64,000 nt of DNA from Corallochytrium limacisporum Hawaii. Lineage: Eukaryota > Protista > Pluriformea. The position numbers and the translations under genes are program-made. Positions 9,283 through 20,365 of this stretch are shown piece after piece. Location: contig PDIP01000001.1 of NCBI GenBank assembly GCA_002811645.1, positions 186,001-250,000 of the forward strand, in the 5' to 3' direction. The notes beneath the pieces were generated by a model that did not search any database, was not told the origin of the DNA, and saw only the letters and a program-made list of their open reading frames with translations. Positions within the stretch are counted from its first letter, which is position 1; every line of letters begins with the position of its first letter.

Positions 9283-11634
9283 ATGCCAACTACAGATGGC
9301 GGCGCAGGTGCCGCATCCAGTGCTCCAGTCACAGATCGGAAATCTGTGCTGAAGAGGATTGGTAGGGCCAACAATAAGGTTACAAATAATGTTCATCAAC
9401 TTCGCAGCCTCCCCTCAGACACAGTGGTGGAGTGTCAGGTTCAACTTATAATGAAGTACCAGTGTCCCCCTGATTTTGAAGGTAAAGATGGTTTCTACAC
9501 CGGCAATATGAACGTAGAGGAAAAGGAGGCCTACACATATTTATACGATCTCTGGCTGAAGCATAGGAATGATCACAGAGTTGCCAAATGTGCGGTCAGC
9601 AGACGGTACAATCAAGTTCTTCTGGATGGAGGCCTCGCCTGTGGATCAGTGGTACTGATTACCAACGTTATCACACGGGCGGATCCTACTGACAGTAAGA
9701 GTACGTCTCCTCTTGTGATCATTACAGGATTAGAGGTATTGAGCACTCCTGCACATGATCTTTTCCGAACGATTCATGAACACTACATGGATTTCCACAG
9801 TTGGTCGGGCGGCCGCAACTTCGGGGATTCCGCAACGCTCGAGCGCAAACCCCGGCCCCTTTTTGGAGAAAAAGTTGTCTATAAATTGCCCTTTTCCGAC
9901 TACACTATTCACAGCGCGGCACAAGCTGGAGAGCGAAGCACACAGGAGGACTACCGATCCCTGTTGGACGTGTGCCTACCAACAAGCCAGGGTGGCCTAC
10001 TAAAGCGCAAGCTCTCCGGACGGCAATCAAATCCTTTGCTCCTAACAGTCCTTGCCAAGTATCGATTGATTGACTTTGGCCACAGGAAGAATAGCAAAGC
10101 TGGATATCCGTACCTTTTGCAACTGGACTGTGCAGATGAGAACCTGGATGAGGGCGGCAAGAAGATTTCGGTCATTTGCTGGAACTACAAGGCGATTGTT
10201 GCGTTCAGGGACATCATTCCGGGAAATCGAGTGCTTTTGACGAACTACGTCGTTAAGCCCATCCGGAGCACACGGCCGGGGTATCAGGACGTAGAAATCG
10301 CCATTAATGTGGACAAGCCACCAGGCGACGTTGTTCCCATTGACAACAGCGCTAACGAATCGATTCAGAATTGGCTAGGAGAGAATCCTGGTACACATCT
10401 TGTGAATCCAGCATATTGTTTTCGGTCTGCGAAACAGTTGCCTTTCCTGGCAGAGAATGCGCGTGTCGATGTCATTGGAATTGTTCACTACATCTCCCAG
10501 ATATTTGTGGAGAAGCAGTCAGTGGACGGCACATTGATGCAGGTGCCGTTCCGATGGCTAGTGTTACATGATGGGTCACCACGGGGCATGGACATGCCTG
10601 TCAAAATTTACAGCCATGATGAAATACTGGATCTGGCCAATGTGGTCATCGGAGACATTTTGGTTTTGACAAATATGATGTTGAGGACCCGTTTGCTTGC
10701 GGGATCTCATTCCAAACGGTACGCTCACGTCACAAGCACGGTCACGACGAGGCTGTATCAGGCGCCTTTGGATAACAGAGATATTGCTGAAGAATGGTTG
10801 GATCATTGGTTAAGCAAGGAAAGTGTTACACGAGAGGTCGCTGACTGGATCTCAGCGGAGCTGAAGCGTATGTACAGCGGCAAAGGACGTATCGGTCTTA
10901 CTGGTGGTATGTTCCATCTGCCCCCTGATCCCATCGATATGGTCGGCTTCGATCGATCTCACTACCGCCCTATCGGGCTTACAGACCTACCCCAATTGAT
11001 TGAATCGATGTCTCTGTACGAGCGTAAGTCTGTGGCGGTTCGTGGTTATATTGTCGGCCTAGAATCATCGGTCCGAATCAATGCGAGACAAGCTCCAGAG
11101 GGACGTCTGACGTATCAGTCTACACTGGGTGACCTGGATCCATTATCCTATGGATTCCATTTGGCAGATCATGCCGATAGTGCCTCATACGCAGCATGCG
11201 GTAGCGACGGCTATCGCAGGGTGAAAGAGAGTGACAAGCTCATGGGACCGAATGGTTACGTGTACGTTGCTCCGGAGCGTTTGGACAAAGAGAAGGTGAT
11301 CAAGTTGATGATTTCTCCAAACTACACAAGTGTTCAAAACGTCTTTGATGGTACCAAGTCCATGTATGCCGCTCAGGCCATCTTCGATTTGTTCACGACC
11401 GAAGACGACCAAGAGCACACAGTCAGGCAGTCAAGACTATTCCAGGGTATCTCCAAGTTTGCACAGCCTATGACTGAAGATCAAATGCAGCCTTTTGGAG
11501 ACGAACATACTGCCATAGCCGATACTCTGATCAACGACATTGGCCAGTTGGAGTTCATTGTCGATCTTTGGCGTGTCAGTCCCGGAGTGGTTGCGGTCTT
11601 GGCCCGCCGCGCCTTCGGCTTAAGGTCCAAGTAG
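9283..11634 (+). CDS. RADX: RADX (RPA-related OB-fold ssDNA-binding protein, CXorf57 family) orthologue
   Basis: First in-frame ATG at 9283 (track starts at GTG). Colinear motifs matching remembered human RADX: YLYDLWL, KPRPLFG, PLLLTVLAK..ISVICWN..LLTNYVVK, EIAINVDKPP, DVIGIV..FRWLVLHDGS, GGMFHLPPDP, ERKSVAVRGYI. Confidence 0.8.
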   Translation: MPTTDGGAGAASSAPVTDRKSVLKRIGRANNKVTNNVHQLRSLPSDTVVECQVQLIMKYQCPPDFEGKDGFYTGNMNVEEKEAYTYLYDLWLKHRNDHRVAKCAVSRRYNQVLLDGGLACGSVVLITNVITRADPTDSKSTSPLVIITGLEVLSTPAHDLFRTIHEHYMDFHSWSGGRNFGDSATLERKPRPLFGEKVVYKLPFSDYTIHSAAQAGERSTQEDYRSLLDVCLPTSQGGLLKRKLSGRQSNPLLLTVLAKYRLIDFGHRKNSKAGYPYLLQLDCADENLDEGGKKISVICWNYKAIVAFRDIIPGNRVLLTNYVVKPIRSTRPGYQDVEIAINVDKPPGDVVPIDNSANESIQNWLGENPGTHLVNPAYCFRSAKQLPFLAENARVDVIGIVHYISQIFVEKQSVDGTLMQVPFRWLVLHDGSPRGMDMPVKIYSHDEILDLANVVIGDILVLTNMMLRTRLLAGSHSKRYAHVTSTVTTRLYQAPLDNRDIAEEWLDHWLSKESVTREVADWISAELKRMYSGKGRIGLTGGMFHLPPDPIDMVGFDRSHYRPIGLTDLPQLIESMSLYERKSVAVRGYIVGLESSVRINARQAPEGRLTYQSTLGDLDPLSYGFHLADHADSASYAACGSDGYRRVKESDKLMGPNGYVYVAPERLDKEKVIKLMISPNYTSVQNVFDGTKSMYAAQAIFDLFTTEDDQEHTVRQSRLFQGISKFAQPMTEDQMQPFGDEHTAIADTLINDIGQLEFIVDLWRVSPGVVAVLARRAFGLRSK

Positions 11635-14600
11635 ACCACCCCCATTCGAATATACGTCTTCTTGATTCATATCCCAATATTTTCAGTGGCTTGCCACCCC
11701 ACCCCCTTGGTGGTGGGGGAGGGGGGGTTCTAATTTTACGCGCCGCGATCCCCGTCATCCCCCACCAAAACTGCACTAACTTACTTGCCAGAGAGAGTCT
11801 TTTCTGCGCACGGCCCGTGTGTGTGTACTTGGCCAACTCGATTGTATCACACAGCTCCGTCTCAACTAGATAGAAAAACTGGCTGAACCCGGGGAGATTT
11901 GTAGGCGGAATTTCTTATTGGTGTGCAGAGCAGAGAAATTAAACCCACTCGGGTTCTGAATGTACTGATCTGTTTGACGTCGCAAAAGCCGGGGCGCGTG
12001 TCTCCGTCACAGAGAAATGACGTGCTTTCGAATGATACTGGTCGCTGATTGGTTACCTGAGATCGGTTTAAAGAAGAATAAGATGCCATGGGTTAAAGGG
12101 AAAAGGGGGAAGGCACTCACCACCCGTGTCACAGAAGACAAAATTTAACCAACCCGGCATCGCATCCGGCAGGAGAGTACTTACTAAATCATCAGCACAT
12201 ATGCCACACGCCACGGTGATTTAGTTGGCTCAAACCAGCGTAAAAAGCCTTTTGTATAGTTTTTTTTGTTTCTCGCTTTCCAGCGCACGCACGTCTCTGA
12301 CAATCGGCAGGCCTCTTTGAGGCAATTGACATACTCATAATATATGGAATATAAGAGAACCGCGCGTCCAATGGCACAAGAGCGAACAGCGATTAGTTCG
12401 CAATTTCTGGGCGGCATTGTTCTGCATTTAAAACCCTCGTCCAGGCAAGTCTATTCTCCAATACCAAATATATGGAGGATAGAGCGATATGGGAATCGGA
12501 GGGGGGAACAGTCTAGAGCAAGCCGTTCGGATGATCTAAGGGTTTAGAAATTTTGAAAGGATTAAACAATTGGTACACAAACGGGTCGTCTTGGTATTAC
12601 ATTGGTAGCGTTCATAATCTGAGCCGCCAGCTGTCTTGTGCACTGTGTGGTGCCCCTTTGGCGACAAGTTGACGGTGAAGACGTGATCCTATTGTGAGTG
12701 GTACACACCCACTGCATATATCACAAACAAGTCCGTAATTGTCCCCGTTCCTGTCATTCAACATTTCCTCAGAGCGCGCAACTGTGAGGTCCATTCCGAC
12801 TCTTTCTGGAATTGTCCATATGACTCCACATACAGCCGAATTCAACAGACATGCACTCACAGCCAATCGTCAGCTTCGTTTTGTTTGCCCCGTCGAAAGA
12901 GGAACCGAGATGTACGATCAACCATTCTGTAGAGTGCCCTTGAGTTCAGGGCAATTGCAACCCTAGGAAAGCCTTGGCACATGGAAAAACTCTCAGATTA
13001 TGTTATGTATTACATTATGCTGGGAGGCCCAATTCTACAAAGGAGATGCCGCGGAACTCAAACCCTTGGGGAGGGCTGAAGGAGCGTTGGCGAACAGGTA
13101 CACATCGATTCATTCAGTTCATCAGTTCGCATTGTATTCTCTACGTAATCCTCGGTGACATCGAGCATCCAGCGCCATCATACAACCGACACTATTTCAG
13201 TGATGCACGAACCGGCGATGAACTGATGATGGTCCTACGAGGACCGGTCCGGCCATCCATCTCTCATTGACAGCCAGCAAATAGCGTTGGCCGTTGGGTC
13301 CAGAAATCACCATTTGTTGTCCGGGGCATATCATGTGCTTGTTTTCAGTGTACGATGAAGAGAGAATTGTGGCCCCATGGCGATGCTCGGTGCGATCACA
13401 GGCTGCCGTGCATGTTCATACTGACCAGCAAATGGATAGGGCGGATCAAATTGACAACGCCGTGCCGTCTGGTCCAGGCGCTGCAGTGTGCCGACACAAC
13501 CCACCATGTTTCAATTTCTTAGTCACAGAACACGACCGCGCACTCCCAAGTGTGTGTGACGAGAAAACAATCGAGGGTAAGTGGTGAAGCACATTAGTTC
13601 GAGATGATTCGATACCTAAAAATCCTGTAACGACGCGAAGAGAAATGTCGGTAAATTCAGGTGAGTTCCACCAAAAAAGCAGTAAGATCTGCGTTGCATT
13701 AAGATGCAAAAGTCATCCCTGTACAAGCAATAGACTTCTAGTTGATGTGATATATTGATCGTATAGGGTGGTTTCCGATTCTAAGTCGAGGGCCCCGCCT
13801 TCGCATTGGAAGAAGCAAGCATGCACCCTGCCTCTTCAGAGAAAAACAACCGAACCATTGTACAGTAAAGAAAGCGTTCGCAACCGGAGTAGCATGTGAT
13901 ATTCACGTCACCCACTCCAAGTGCCCTGTTGCTTACGCGTACGCAATAGAAACAAAAAGCCGGGTTAGAAACAGAAAACGAAAACCCCACCCCTTTTCTC
14001 GACCCCGCGTGGCCTATTCTACTAGCACCAAGAGTCGACTTTTGCCAAAGCCAAAGAAACAGCGAAACGGTACAGGAATGAGCCACAAAAGAGAGAACCC
14101 AGAAGAATAAAGAGATAATCTGAAGGGCAAACGTGAAGAACATGCAGGACAACACAGGCAGAGTTTTGAAACAGTGTACAGCTGAAGGGAGGGGGGGTGC
14201 ACAAGTTCATTGGTGTCCTTGGTGGACCATCGATGTCGAGAACTAGACATCTCAACGGTGGACGAGTCAGATGGTGTTACAGATGGAACCAGTGTGATGG
14301 TTTGGTCAGCGATTATCCTATCGTTTAATATGTGAGCATATGGTTCAGTTGATGATACCCTGCGTACTCCAATGTCCAAGATAGACATCGACCCCCAGCT
14401 ACAGAGTGGTGCCATAAGTGCGACGGTGCGAGTATGTTGAAGCCTTGCCTATCTATCAGCTCCGGGAGAGAAAAACCACATTTACCGCTTGCAAATCTAC
14501 TTAGCCCGTACAAACATCGGAACACAAAAATTGACATTCACCGCACAACTATGGGTCTGTGTCAGTGTTCCCCGTAATTTAGTCTAAGCGATAATATGGA

Positions 14601-15379
14601 AACGAGGAAATGTCGCTTCTGTTCGATTCTGACAAAAACAATGGACAAGAATATGCAGCGCATCCAGGTCTACGTAGATATACACGCGAAGGGTATCCAG
14701 CCAACTGTGGCACCTGTGTGCTCCGCCAAAGACACAAACGTGAAGCATTTGGCTGTGGCACACATCATCCCTAGACGCGATTGGGACAATGAAAAACTCG
14801 TGAGACCAACTCACAGTACATAATGGACCACATAAAGAACCCACTGCTATTCCCGAAAAGGTAAAATGGTTCTGTCAGAGCCGACCAGCAATGAGAAAGA
14901 AGACATAATCAGTTTCTTCCTTTCTCACAGCAACAAGTCTACACGAATGTTAGTCCGACAGGGCTCTATTTATGCAACTTGAAGCATTCGAATGCACTAC
15001 CAAACCCAGTTGCCTCGCGCACAGAGTCCCGATTTATTGTTATTCATGTGCAGTATAAAACGGGTATGGCAAAATAAGAGGTTTGGTGATGCGAAAAAGA
15101 AGGTGCAAAGGACCGGTGACGCGTCGTTCTGCGCAGGACAACACCGCGCGAAGGGTTCTGACTTCAGGAGATTTCCTTTACTCTATACTGAACATTCTAC
15201 AGATAATATTGGCTTGGAGACACTGTCATCAACTCCGCAGTAAAGGGAATGGTGAGCAGTGTCAACCTAAAACGCACCGTCGATGACGTCGCGAACGTAT
15301 CAAGAGTTCGTCGATTATGCTACTCATTTGATAAGGCGCATGAGTACTACCTTCTACCGAGTAACTTCAGCTCTTGTCG

Positions 15380-15380
<1 letters not shown>

Positions 15381-15469
<89 letters not shown>

Positions 15470-15747
15470 GCACACACAACCAAAGCACACAGAAACCATG
15501 TGCCAGGTCACAACGAAGAAACCGCGGCCNNNNNNNNNNNNNNNNNNNNNNNNNNNNNNNNNNNNNNNNNNNNNNNNNNNNNNNNNNNNNNNNNNNNNNN
15601 NNNNNNNNNNNNNNNNNNNNNNNNNNNNNNNNNNNNNNNNNNNNNNNNNNNNNNNNNNNNNNNNNNNNNNNNNNNNNNNNNNNNNNNNNNNNNNNNNNNN
15701 NNNNNNNNNNNNNNNNNNNNNNNNNNNNNNNNNNNNNNNNNNNNNNN

Positions 15748-15811
<64 letters not shown>
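15381..15811. repeat. (CA)n microsatellites flanking an assembly gap (N 15530-15747)
   Basis: CA runs at about 15381-15478 and 15748-15811 read directly. Confidence 0.95.
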
Positions 15812-15812
<1 letters not shown>

Positions 15813-18185
15813 GCATTCTGAACGCTCTCTGCGCAGTCACCGATTTGTAAGCAAACCGGCAAAAACCTTCTGTTCGAACATGATGTGATTGTCACTAAGC
15901 TGATGTAAGTTCCTATGGGGAACTTGCACAGTCATGCGTTTCGATTTCTGGCGGTAATTCGTAGTGCTTGTCTCTCTGATGGTTTCATTCCCTTTTTTTC
16001 GTCTTCTTCCCGCCATTCAGAACTATTCTGCCTAGATCGATTCCAGCATGGTCGAAGAAGAATGGGATATGTGTCCACTAATGAACAATTGGATACTTCG
16101 TCAATGATAGAATTCTTATAGGGTGTGTAGAGAGACTCAGTGCAAGTCTGCAGAACCACATTCCGAACCACAATACGAATGCTCAAATCCGAAATGACAC
16201 ACAGCCGAGTGGTCAGCCCACGGCAGCAACACTGCACAAAGTACTGGAACAGATCCGTTTGAGATATCTATAGATCATAAACCTTCGAATTTTCTGCCAT
16301 ACATACTCATACGGAAACTGCCCATTACCACTGCTCACAGTACACACGGGTTGCTGTTCCCGTTCACGCAGTCTTGCTGCAATCAAGGACACTGCCAGGT
16401 GAACACATGTACATGGGTGATGCTTTCAGTCATAAGATCTGATTCCTTTGCCTGTGTCTATGTACTTGTAGTAGATATGTCATTCAAATCGTCCAGGGAT
16501 AATGAAACTCCAGAGAGAGGAGATCCTGGAATTGGCATGATTTTCTTTCTTCGCGCAGTACACGTCGTGCACACACACACACAGAGAAGATTCAAACTTG
16601 GTTGGGGCCCAGTGTCACAGGGCGATTGCAAAGTGTGTGATGGCGTGGACGGACAAAACACTGGGTCCCCTCCGCGACATTCTTTTTAGAAAGAACACAA
16701 ACAAGGGTGTCACCCCTTTGCGCAGAGAATTTTTCTAAGGTTCAAAAGTAGGGAAAATGTCTGGCACAGCGTGCGTCTGTGTCTTTTCCTTTTTCATGTT
16801 TCCAAAGCCCGGACAACAAACTCAAAACACATGATTTCCAATTTCACCGCCCCGAGTCCGCATTTTGTAATACATAATCCATATTTATGACCTGATCGAC
16901 ATAGAAGGATATTAAATAGTCACGGATCGGGGTAAACAGCAGTGTGTGGTGTGAACACGTCCCCGTTGGTCCGCTTTCAATCCTACTCCCGGGACTCTTG
17001 GTTTCCCACTTCTCTCCATACCGACTGTTCCTATTTCCTTCGTGAAGTGGATCCAGCGAGTCAAGTCCTAAAACCTCCGGTCACACCGCAAATCACCTCA
17101 TCCTTCACAAATTTTTTAGAATGCCTGCTGCTGCGGCCACCCACAAATTGTACACACAAATCCCGGAGAGGAACACAAATCGTTCCATTTGTTCAGTAGT
17201 ACACCAGAGTAGAAAGTGATAAGGTATTCACCATTGAGTAAGCACGAACTGATAATGCCGAAAAGGACCCCACACCCTTTCTTCAATTCTGCGAACACAC
17301 ACGGACGGTGACTCCATGTGTGTGTTTGGTGTGTGCGGTCAGACATTGACGCTTCTATGAGCAGGGAGAGGTCACGCCAATGTACACACCTCTCTTCCTT
17401 GTTGTCCACGGAACGATTTTCTAACATTCAGTATCGTAAACCCCGAGAAAGGTTTAGAAAGAAACTTGGGGCTGAGGCCACAACCCAGTCCGCGGGGGCG
17501 TATCATACTGCGTCTTTTTACATAGTCTTAGTACGGTAGTTTCCTTTCTGACTTTTGTTTTGTCTCGTTCCCATCTCGTTCTCGTCCCTCAGCCACATTC
17601 ATCAACAAGCCAAACATGCCATTGGGATAAACTGGTAGCAGCTGTTGAACCGTGTATAAATAGCGTAGTCGCCCTGGGGCGTCAGTCTCAATATTTTAAA
17701 TCGATGACCTATCTTTCACGGGTTTCCGATCTTTCTGTACGCTAAATTTGGGACGGCGACTGGTGGTGGGGAGAGTGGGGAATTGTTCGCCGGTATGGCT
17801 CGACGATTGAATTACAAGGGGCATTCTCTGGGCCTCTTGGAACTCACGGCGTGAAAACCAGAACCGAAAGGCACCCCGCTTTGGCTCCCGAAATCTACCG
17901 TTCCAAAGCAGGGGAGGTCGCTGGTTACGCTCTGCCAGAGCAAGAACGAAGGAGCGATGGTTCCAAAAAAAAAAGTTGATCGCTCCGTTCGTGGAAAGGT
18001 CACCGAAACGACCGTTGGTGGTGGTTGTTATCCATCCTAAACACCGGGAGACAAGGCTCAACGAAAACACTTTTACCAGGTTCCAGTTAACTCGTATGAT
18101 ACACGGGGCTTAGTGGAGATGTGGGGAGGGGGGGGGGTTTACAGCACTTAGGCGTCACCGCGGGGAGAGACCCCGGGGGGGGGGT

Positions 18186-18189
<4 letters not shown>

Positions 18190-18218
<29 letters not shown>
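18190..18218. repeat. (TG)n microsatellite between poly-G runs
   Basis: Read directly. Confidence 0.9.
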
Positions 18219-18221
<3 letters not shown>

Positions 18222-18519
18222 GTGGCGTGTGCTGGGGGGGGAGGGGGTTTGCCTAGTCGGCGTGCGGCGACTTTTTTTCACTGGACCCCGGTGTCAAAAG
18301 ATTCAGAAAAAAGAGAGAACCATTCGCGGCCATTGTCAGATGTGGAAACCGGGAGTGGTGTGTTGCATTTTATCTTTGTTGGTCGGCTCAGTCCGCACTT
18401 GACATTTTCGGCAATTCGTATTGAATGAGTGGTGAAAAACTACTGACTCCAACGGCGGCAGAGCAATTTCTGTGGTATTGCTCCGTCGAGGAATGCGGAA
18501 GCAAGGAAGAGGAAGACAC

Positions 18520-18548
18520 GGGGGGAAGGGGGGGGAAGGGGGAAAGGG
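18520..18548 (+). promoter_or_regulatory. Potential G-quadruplex upstream of NUDT17-like gene
   Basis: G6-AA-G8-AA-G5-AAA-G3. Confidence 0.5.
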
Positions 18549-18791
18549 ATTGTAACAGTGCTGAGCAGAAGTGAAGAAGGGGGATATTCTTTTGACAAGT
18601 GGTGGTTTACCTTCCCCTCATATTTCTATTAAATTATATGGGGTCCGGCACGCAGTTTTTTCTGGACTCGGTACGGCCCTCCTCCTCTTGAGCTGCGTGA
18701 TCGTCAATCGCTTCTCTGTTCTTTCGGTGTTTAGAATGCTCTGCCAACCTTTTCCCCTTGGGATATCCTCGATACAGTTACGGAATAGCAC

Positions 18792-20165
18792 ATGGCTGGT
18801 TTGAAGATGCGTTCCTTAACCTACTTCATGGTCGTCACCATCCCAAATACAAGGAATGAATCATTCATCGTTAGAGCCGTAGTTTTGAACCAGTACTCTC
18901 AACCAAAATATACAATGGCCCAAGCAATTTCTTTACACGAACAGGCAATTTTGGCCGCGCAGCCTATTCTGCCTCCTCATGCGCGGGAAGATTCGCCAAT
19001 TCACTCACACAATGAAGACAGCGAAAATGATATAGAACCGGGAATGTCAAGTGCTAGCTCGGACAATGAAGACGCAACTATTGTTGACGAGGACCAGTCA
19101 GGCGATCAGTCCCCGCCCCCAATGCCGCGTAGGATGTCCAGTTTTATGAAGAGACTCCTGCCTCGAAAGCCTTCTACACAGAAAATTCCTCCTCAGGTGG
19201 TCACGGGAACAAAGTACGACCCCAAAGATCCTTACAGACTTAGCCAGGCGGGTATGCTGCAATACGCTGAAGTGCCTCGCCCTTCCAATAGTGCTCAACG
19301 AGATGATAGACCCATCATGGTTCAGATGGAAAGTGTTGTACATACACAGATGAGCTTTAGCCGGTGTATATTTATGGAGCATGTTGTCGCAACACCACGT
19401 GGAATCACTCAGGGAACACTTCGTTGCGATATTCATGAAGGTCAAGGAGAAGTGACCCTCAACCTCAGCTCTAAGGGCAAGATCCCCCTTGGTCATAGCC
19501 GGAGCTGTCCGGCAGAGCGCACCTGCGCGCACGGCCTGACTCTGCCGGCAGAGTACCGCCGCCGTCCAGTTAGCCTTGCGGTCTGCTGTATTGTAGAGAG
19601 TGCCGACGGTGCCATCCTCCTAACCCGTCGCGCCAAGAACATGCGTGCCTTCCCCCATGCTTGGGTGCCCCCGGGTGGCCATGTTGACAAGGGCGAGACC
19701 CTGGTTGATGCCATGGAGCGAGAAGTGCTGGAAGAGACTGGCATTGATTTGGCCCAGGATCGTTCCATCAAACCGACGATGCTTGGTGTTTGGGAGTCTT
19801 TGTACCCCGTGAAGCTGTGCGAAGGCCTGCCCTCCAAGCACCACTTGGTGGTCTATTACCACGTAAAGCTGTCGCAAAAGCGCAAGAAGATCGCCCTGAA
19901 GCTGTCTCCCAACGAGACTGATGCTGCTGCCTGGCTAGATGCTGGGTGCATTCAGGATGTTATCCAAAACAAGAGGACTTCTAAGCGATCTTGCAATGGA
20001 TACCTGGTCGACCCACCTCCCTCCGCCCTGCAGGTCAAGGCCAAGTTCTACACCGGAAATTTATTAGGTGGCGTCAGCCGCTACAACTCCCTTGCCAACA
20101 CACAGCATGTCACCGAGGGCACACGCTTTGCTATTCGGCTCTGGTTGGAAAGTAACAACGCTTAG
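18792..20165 (+). CDS. NUDT17: Nudix hydrolase, NUDT17 family (start may be ATG 18915)
   Basis: Nudix box GGHVDKGETLVDAMEREVLEETG. NUDT17-type flanks LLTRRA..FPHAWVPPGG, LGVWESLYP, HHLVVYY, PNETDAAAWL. Confidence 0.85.
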   Translation: MAGLKMRSLTYFMVVTIPNTRNESFIVRAVVLNQYSQPKYTMAQAISLHEQAILAAQPILPPHAREDSPIHSHNEDSENDIEPGMSSASSDNEDATIVDEDQSGDQSPPPMPRRMSSFMKRLLPRKPSTQKIPPQVVTGTKYDPKDPYRLSQAGMLQYAEVPRPSNSAQRDDRPIMVQMESVVHTQMSFSRCIFMEHVVATPRGITQGTLRCDIHEGQGEVTLNLSSKGKIPLGHSRSCPAERTCAHGLTLPAEYRRRPVSLAVCCIVESADGAILLTRRAKNMRAFPHAWVPPGGHVDKGETLVDAMEREVLEETGIDLAQDRSIKPTMLGVWESLYPVKLCEGLPSKHHLVVYYHVKLSQKRKKIALKLSPNETDAAAWLDAGCIQDVIQNKRTSKRSCNGYLVDPPPSALQVKAKFYTGNLLGGVSRYNSLANTQHVTEGTRFAIRLWLESNNA

Positions 20166-20365
20166 AGGAGACAGGAACTAGGACCCTGTCCATTAACATA
20201 ATCACTCCGTTGTGGTTGCATCACGTTCATAATACAACATATATTCTTACAATGCCGACTAACGCTAAACAAAATAAACACCATAGAAAATAGTCAATAT
20301 CAAGGCGGAAATCCACGAGGACACATCTTCGCTTGTGACGACTTGGAATCGAGTGCTGTGGACAC

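Noticed and set aside
14596-14823. 75-aa ORF with CRFC and AHIIP, reminiscent of an HNH nuclease
   Set aside because: No downstream N/H motif in frame; too short.
15249-15895. HT/CV-repeat ORFs spanning the gap (and ORFs across 53939-54173)
   Set aside because: Artefacts of microsatellites and N runs.
16549-16600. ACAGAGAAGATT, resembling the U6 snRNA core
   Set aside because: The catalytic AGC and internal stem-loop do not follow, and the match partly arises from a CA repeat.
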